Assembly (NCBI GenBank): GCA_026401055.1
Contig: JAPLNP010000427.1
Coordinates: 1-10,040, forward strand
From: Planctomycetia bacterium
GTDB taxonomy: Bacteria > Planctomycetota > Planctomycetia > Pirellulales > Thermoguttaceae
Length of the DNA stretch: 10,040 bases
Direction of reading: 5' to 3'
In this document: piece after piece, positions 6,186-10,040 of the stretch
Layout: the number at the start of each line of letters is the position of its first letter
Numbering within the stretch: the stretch's first letter is position 1
Notes under the pieces: generated by a model
Seen by the model: the letters and a program-made list of their open reading frames with translations, nothing else
What the model was told of the DNA's origin: nothing
Database searches by the model: none
Position numbers and translations under genes: made by a program

Positions 6186-7241
6186 ATGGCGACCAAGTTC
6201 TACAACATCGAAAAGGCGGCCGAGGTTCTTGGAGTCACGCACGCCGAGATCAACGCGATGCGCGAGCGTCAGCAGTTGCACGGCTACCGTGACGGCGCCG
6301 ACTGGAAGTTCAAGGCCGAAGAAGTCGACCAGTTGGCGCGGCAGTCGGGCGACGCCGCGTCGGAGCAGGACGTTCTTCTGAGCGAGATCGAGTTCGGCGA
6401 GTCCGATCCCGGCGCCTCCGGAACGGTCATCGGGCCCCCGCCGAGCCGCGAACCCGCCAAAAAAGACGCCGTCGATTCGGCCGTCAGCGGGTTCGAGGAA
6501 CTCGACCTGTCGCTCGCCGACAGCAAGCTCGACATGGCCGTCGATTCGTCCGCGAACCTCGGATCGTCCATCGACCTGACCGGCGAAAAACTGGACGACG
6601 ACGACCTCGTGCTCGGCGGCAGCGGGAGCGGAAGCGACATCACCTTGGGCGGCGACAGCGGCATCTCGCTGATCGATCCGACCGACAGCGGACTGTCGCT
6701 CGAGGAACCGCTCGACCTGACCGGCGGCAGCCACGAGTCGCTCGAACTCGGCGAAGGCGAAGACGACTTGCTCTCGCTGGCCGAGGCCTCGAACATCGGG
6801 TTGGCCGCCGCCGCGGGCGACGGCGACGACTTCATGCTCACGCCCATGGACGACGGAACCGGCCAGGACGACGACGAGAGCGGCTCGCAGGTGATCGCCC
6901 TGGAGCCGGAGGAGTCGGCCGGCGAACTCGAAATGGCCCCCATGCTCGACGGCGACGTGGGCGGACCGCTCGGCGCCGCGACGCTAGCGGCGGTGGGCCC
7001 CGCCGCCGCGCCCATGGGAGTCGTGACCGATTTCGGCGCGGCGGCCCAGCCCCAGGCCGGCGCCATGGCTCTGCCCGAGGCCCCCTACTCCACCTGGAAC
7101 ATCGTCAGCCTGTCGGTGTGCGCCGTGCTCTTGGTCATCGTCGGCATGTTCATGTACGACCTGACGCGAAACATGTGGAGTTGGGAACAGGCCACGCCCG
7201 TCACCAGTTTGCTTATGGATTCGATTCTCCGGCGGCCGTAA
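6186..7241 (+). CDS. Tail-anchored membrane protein with an N-terminal HTH_17/excisionase-MerR-like DNA-binding domain, a ~230-aa acidic Asp/Glu/Gly/Ser/Leu low-complexity region and one C-terminal TM helix
   Basis: The N-terminal YNIEKAAEVLGVTHAEINAMRERQQLHGYRDGADWKFKAEEVD fits the HTH_17 pattern (EAAxxLGVS....G.W.F). The middle region has repeats of DLSL/DLTG/LSLEEPLDLTGG. The C-terminus WNIVSLSVCAVLLVIVGMFMY is a single TM segment. Start is 7 nt after the previous gene, with GAGGTG upstream. Confidence 0.72.
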   Translation: MATKFYNIEKAAEVLGVTHAEINAMRERQQLHGYRDGADWKFKAEEVDQLARQSGDAASEQDVLLSEIEFGESDPGASGTVIGPPPSREPAKKDAVDSAVSGFEELDLSLADSKLDMAVDSSANLGSSIDLTGEKLDDDDLVLGGSGSGSDITLGGDSGISLIDPTDSGLSLEEPLDLTGGSHESLELGEGEDDLLSLAEASNIGLAAAAGDGDDFMLTPMDDGTGQDDDESGSQVIALEPEESAGELEMAPMLDGDVGGPLGAATLAAVGPAAAPMGVVTDFGAAAQPQAGAMALPEAPYSTWNIVSLSVCAVLLVIVGMFMYDLTRNMWSWEQATPVTSLLMDSILRRP

Positions 7242-7284
7242 GCTCGATCATCGCGGACGAAAACGATTCGAAAGGAGTCGAATC

Positions 7285-8106
7285 ATGTCGCTCGTCGCTC
7301 GAATTCTCCAGGGCGCGGCGCTCGGCGCCTTGCTCGTCACGTTCGCCGGCTGCGTCGTGCCGCGAAGCCAACTCGAGGCCGTGCGCGTCCAGAATCGCTC
7401 TCTGACCGAGCAAAACCGCGCCCAACTCGCGGAGATCGAAAACCTCAGGGTCCACGGCCGCAACACCGAGGACCAACTCAAGCGGGCCGAGGAAGAGTTG
7501 GCCCTCTTGGAGGACCGCGCCGGGCTCGACGACAAGCAACTGGCCAACTTCCGCCGCGAACGCGACGAGTTGCACAAGCAGTTCATGGGCCTGGTGAACG
7601 GCCGCGGGGCGATGCCCGGCGAAATCGGCGGACGCCTGGCCGAAATCTCCCAACGCTATCCGGCCTTGCAGTTCGACCCGCGCTCCGGCGTCGCCAAGCT
7701 CGACACCGACATCCTTTTCGACAGCGGCAAGGACGATCTCAAGCCCGGCGCCGAAAAGGTCCTCGCCGAAGTGGCCCAAGTGCTCGCCGCGCCCGAGGCC
7801 GCCGATCTGCGCGTCATGGTGGTCGGCCACACCGACGATCGCCAGATCCTCAAGACGCCCGGCGCGGAGCAGTTCGCGACGAATTTCGACCTCAGCGCCG
7901 CCCGGGCGCTGACCGTGGCCAAGGAACTCCGCGGGGCGGGGATCAAGCCGGAGCGGATGGGCGTGGCGGGCTTCGGGGCGTATCAGCCGATCGCCCCGAA
8001 CGCCTCGGCCGCCGACCGCCACAAGAATCGCCGCGTCGAGTTGTTCGTCCTCGCCCCCGACGTCCCCGTCGTCGGCTGGACCGAGACGATGCCGACGATC
8101 TATTGA
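7285..8106 (+). CDS. OmpA/MotB-like peptidoglycan-binding domain lipoprotein with an N-terminal coiled-coil region
   Basis: SD AAGGAG, then ATG 7285. Signal peptide MSLVARILQGAALGALLVTFAGC with a lipobox-like FAGC. Coiled-coil QLEAVRVQNRSLTEQNRAQLAEIENL.... The C-terminus has OmpA-like motifs (LFDSGKDDL, VVGHTD, NFDLSAARA, NRRVELFV). Confidence 0.82.
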   Translation: MSLVARILQGAALGALLVTFAGCVVPRSQLEAVRVQNRSLTEQNRAQLAEIENLRVHGRNTEDQLKRAEEELALLEDRAGLDDKQLANFRRERDELHKQFMGLVNGRGAMPGEIGGRLAEISQRYPALQFDPRSGVAKLDTDILFDSGKDDLKPGAEKVLAEVAQVLAAPEAADLRVMVVGHTDDRQILKTPGAEQFATNFDLSAARALTVAKELRGAGIKPERMGVAGFGAYQPIAPNASAADRHKNRRVELFVLAPDVPVVGWTETMPTIY

Positions 8107-8199
8107 CGCGGTTGAAGGTTGTCGGTGGCCAGAGACTGAAGGGGGCAATAGCCGCGAGGCGGCAGCCCGCAGTTGACGGTGCTCGTCGCTATCCGCATG

Positions 8200-8228
8200 T
8201 TTCCGCTCCCCGCTTTCCGCTTTCCCGC
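8200..8228. repeat. Tandem heptamer direct repeats TTTCCGC / TCCCCGC / TTTCCGC / TTTCCCGC
   Basis: Read directly at 8200-8228. The unit resembles the half-site CTTTCGC of the 2922-3001 palindrome element. Confidence 0.5.
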
Positions 8229-8315
8229 GCACTTCCTCCGGGGGGTGGCGTCGCGGCCGTGGGCGTTCTCGGATACAATAAACTACCTGGACGCGACTTT
8301 GCCGACCCTTCAGCA

Positions 8316-8374
8316 TTGTGGTGCAGGCGTCTCGCCTGCGTTTTTTCCCGGCAGGCGGGACGCCTGCACCACAA
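8316..8374. repeat. 59-bp nested palindrome: perfect 16-bp inverted repeat TTGTGGTGCAGGCGTC / GACGCCTGCACCACAA enclosing two copies of the palindrome GCAGGCG-NNN-CGCCTGC (8323-8339 and 8351-8367); the whole can form a 24-bp stem (one G-U) with an 11-nt loop
   Basis: Read directly. Its architecture (repeated 7-3-7 palindrome within flanking inverted repeats) parallels the 2922-3001 element but the sequence differs. Confidence 0.6.
8321..8347 (+). terminator. Intrinsic-terminator-like hairpin (GCAGGCG TCT CGCCTGC) followed by G-TTTTTT on the plus strand, 217 nt after the OmpA-like gene and 40 nt before the resB-like ATG
   Basis: 7-bp GC-rich stem at 8323-8339, U-tract at 8341-8346. The minus-strand equivalent lacks a U-tract, so it is orientation-specific. 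It could terminate the upstream cluster or act as an attenuator in a resB leader. Confidence 0.45.
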
Positions 8375-8386
8375 ACACACGCCTCC

Positions 8387-10040
8387 ATGCCCCACCCCCA
8401 GCAAGATTCCTCCCACCTGCCGATGCCCGTTCGAGCCTTGCTTCGCGTGCTTGCCGCGCTCGCCTCGTCTCGACTGGCCACGGTGGTGATTACGCTTAGC
8501 GCGGCCGTGCTGGCGTGGGCCACTTGGATCGAGAGCGAGTACGGCGCGGCGGCCGTCGGGTTCGGCGTCTATCGGTCCTGGTGGTTCGCCGCCCTGCTGG
8601 GCCTGCTGGGAGTGAACGTCCTGGCCGCCGCCGTCGCGCGGTTCCCTTGGAAACGAAACCTGATCGGCTTCTTGATCGTCCACGCCGGCATCCTCGTCCT
8701 TCTGGTCGGATGCTGGATCAGCCGCCGGAACGGCATCGATGCCCAGTTGGCGGTCTTCGAGGGCGATCGCTCCTCCACCGCATTCGAGGACTCGCAGCAT
8801 TTTGAACTGGTCGTTCATCCCCGCAACAAGACGGACAACTCGCCGGAGACGATCGAGATTCCGTTCCAGCCCGGGCCGTTCAATTGGGACGATTACGCCT
8901 CGCTCGATTCGTTCCCGTGGCGGCTCGCCCGGCGCGATCAAGGGACGCTGCTGGAGCGGGACGGGATCACGCTCGAAGTGCTGGATTACTACAGCGACTC
9001 GCGCGAGCTGCCCGTGCCGGAGTTGACCTTGGCCGTATGCCGTGGCCGGGCTGCCCGGAAGCGCGACGCCGAAGCGTCGCGGTCGCTGGTGCTGGCGGTG
9101 CGGCGGCTACGCAGCCCCCACATGCCGAACCACCCGTTGACCATCGGCTCGCGCGAGCCGCTTACCGACGGCCAGTGGGTCGTCTTCCGCATGGCCGCGA
9201 GCAAGGCCGAGACGGACGCCTTCCGCGACAGCCGGCCGGAGGGCCCGCTCGGCCGCTTGGGCCAACTCGTCTTGCACGCCAGCGGGAAGAAACACTGCCT
9301 GCCGCTTGAGGATATCGAAGGCAAGCCGCCGGTTCCGCTGGGCGAGTCGGGCATGAAGGTCGAGCTTGTCCGCTTTGAACCGGCGAGCCTTCGCGTCTAT
9401 CTGCGGACGTATCCCAAGGAGCCCGACTCGCGGCCGGGAGCGCTCTTGCTGCACGCCTACCGCACGGACTTGGATCAGCAGGATCGGCAAAATGGCGTGT
9501 TCGGAAGCTACTGGTTCGATCCGACCGCGAAGCGCGACGAGGCGGCGGACGGGGTTCCGCCTCAGGCAATCGCCGCCGCGGCGGAGCCCCAGGTGGACAT
9601 TCTCCAGGGCGACGACCAGAAGCTCTACTATCGCGAGTGCCGGGGCATCGACGTCGCGCCAATCGCCGAGTTGCCCCTCGATCGCTCGCCGGTCGTCGTC
9701 TTCGACAAGAGCGACGTGCCGGCAACGATCTACGTCGACAGATTTCTCCCCGCCGCGGAGCCGGGCGTCCGCGTCGAGGCTGTCGGGTTCGAAAACCCGG
9801 AGCCGATGAAGCGGATGAAACAGCAACGGGCGAAGATCCGATTGACCGTCGACGGCAACGCCGAGGAGTTCTGGCTGGGCGACGGTTTCTCGGACACGCC
9901 CGAGACGAGCCAAACGCTCGTCGAGGGAAACGGCCGCGACGTCGCGATTCGGCTCCTGCGCGATCGGGTCGACCTGGGCTTCCAGGTGGCTCTCGACGAG
10001 TTCGAGCGCAAGCTGGATCCGGGCACGTCGCGGCCGTCGC
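8387..10040 (+). CDS. Cytochrome c biogenesis protein ResB/Ccs1 (CcsB) family, 5' partial (continues beyond window end). An alternative start is the ATG at 8420 (MPVRALLRVLAAL...).
   Basis: Frame 2 is open from 8282 (after TAA 8279-8281) to the window end, more than 550 codons. It is not in the ORF track because it has no stop inside the window. TM1 is LLRVLAALASSRLATVVITLSAAVLAWATWIESEY. It is followed by the ResB-like YRSWWFAALLGLLGVNVLAAAV motif, then TM2 and a large soluble domain. High GC3. Confidence 0.7.
   Translation, partial: MPHPQQDSSHLPMPVRALLRVLAALASSRLATVVITLSAAVLAWATWIESEYGAAAVGFGVYRSWWFAALLGLLGVNVLAAAVARFPWKRNLIGFLIVHAGILVLLVGCWISRRNGIDAQLAVFEGDRSSTAFEDSQHFELVVHPRNKTDNSPETIEIPFQPGPFNWDDYASLDSFPWRLARRDQGTLLERDGITLEVLDYYSDSRELPVPELTLAVCRGRAARKRDAEASRSLVLAVRRLRSPHMPNHPLTIGSREPLTDGQWVVFRMAASKAETDAFRDSRPEGPLGRLGQLVLHASGKKHCLPLEDIEGKPPVPLGESGMKVELVRFEPASLRVYLRTYPKEPDSRPGALLLHAYRTDLDQQDRQNGVFGSYWFDPTAKRDEAADGVPPQAIAAAAEPQVDILQGDDQKLYYRECRGIDVAPIAELPLDRSPVVVFDKSDVPATIYVDRFLPAAEPGVRVEAVGFENPEPMKRMKQQRAKIRLTVDGNAEEFWLGDGFSDTPETSQTLVEGNGRDVAIRLLRDRVDLGFQVALDEFERKLDPGTSRPS

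Noticed and set aside
5543-6196. Upstream extension of the queC ORF to 6196, and ORFs 5419..5649, 5779..5964 and 5821..6381
   Set aside because: The QueC PP-loop begins 15 aa after the ATG at 5542, and the upstream extension is Arg/His-rich junk. ORF 5821..6381 overlaps the signal-peptide gene out of frame.
6159-7066. Minus-strand ORFs 6159..6734 and 6284..7066, antisense to the acidic HTH protein
   Set aside because: The reverse translation of an Asp/Glu/Gly/Ser-rich repetitive gene gives a Ser/Pro-rich open frame. It has no start context.
8103-8499. Plus-strand ORFs 8103..8489 and 8173..8499 in the OmpA-resB intergenic region
   Set aside because: Pro/Arg/Cys-rich with no SD. They overlap the resB-like start in other frames and run through the palindrome/U-tract element.
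7213-8523. 436-aa minus-strand ORF and 7248..7586 / 7656..7946 minus
   Set aside because: Antisense to the OmpA-like gene, which has an SD, a lipobox and OmpA motifs. It also extends through an intergenic palindrome.
8189-10026. Minus-strand ORFs 8189..8941, 9107..9913, 9162..9725 and 9730..10026, and short plus ORFs 8515..8805, 8739..9026, 8884..9309 and 9366..9809
   Set aside because: All lie within the long frame-2 plus-strand ResB-like ORF, which has TM helices and the WWF motif. These are alternative-frame or antisense artefacts.
1-10040. CRISPR arrays, IS elements, integrases, phage genes, rRNA/tRNA genes
   Set aside because: No regularly spaced direct repeats, no transposase/integrase-like ORFs, no terminal inverted repeats flanking a gene, and no tRNA cloverleaf candidates were found on either strand.

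Overview
High-GC (~66%) bacterial chromosomal window with dense, SD-preceded genes and very high GC3 in the real frames; lipoprotein- and low-complexity-rich proteins suggest Planctomycetota, but this is a guess. Eleven protein-coding genes are supported; there are no rRNA, tRNA, CRISPR or transposase/integrase signals. In order: (1) the 3' end of an unknown gene; (2) a minus-strand operon of a HEAT-repeat (PBS-lyase type) lipoprotein followed by a diadenylate-cyclase (DAC/DisA_N) domain protein; (3) a divergent plus-strand pair: a 169-aa all-helical protein, then a YdjI-like SPFH/Band-7 protein fused to a C-terminal YbjN-like domain, with an 80-bp triple-palindrome element between them; (4) convergent queD-queC (queuosine precursor synthesis) on the minus strand; (5) a plus-strand three-gene cluster: small signal-peptide protein, tail-anchored HTH-acidic membrane protein, OmpA-like coiled-coil lipoprotein; (6) a 59-bp nested palindrome with an embedded hairpin+U6 terminator-like motif; (7) the 5' part of a ResB/Ccs1-like cytochrome c biogenesis gene that runs off the window end and is absent from the supplied ORF track (the track lists only ORFs closed inside the window). 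Most long ORFs on the opposite strand or in other frames are high-GC artefacts. The most likely candidates for something new are the two architecturally similar intergenic palindrome elements, the SPFH-YbjN fusion with its helical partner, and the tail-anchored-HTH/OmpA cluster. All functional calls come from motif recognition by eye and were not checked against databases.
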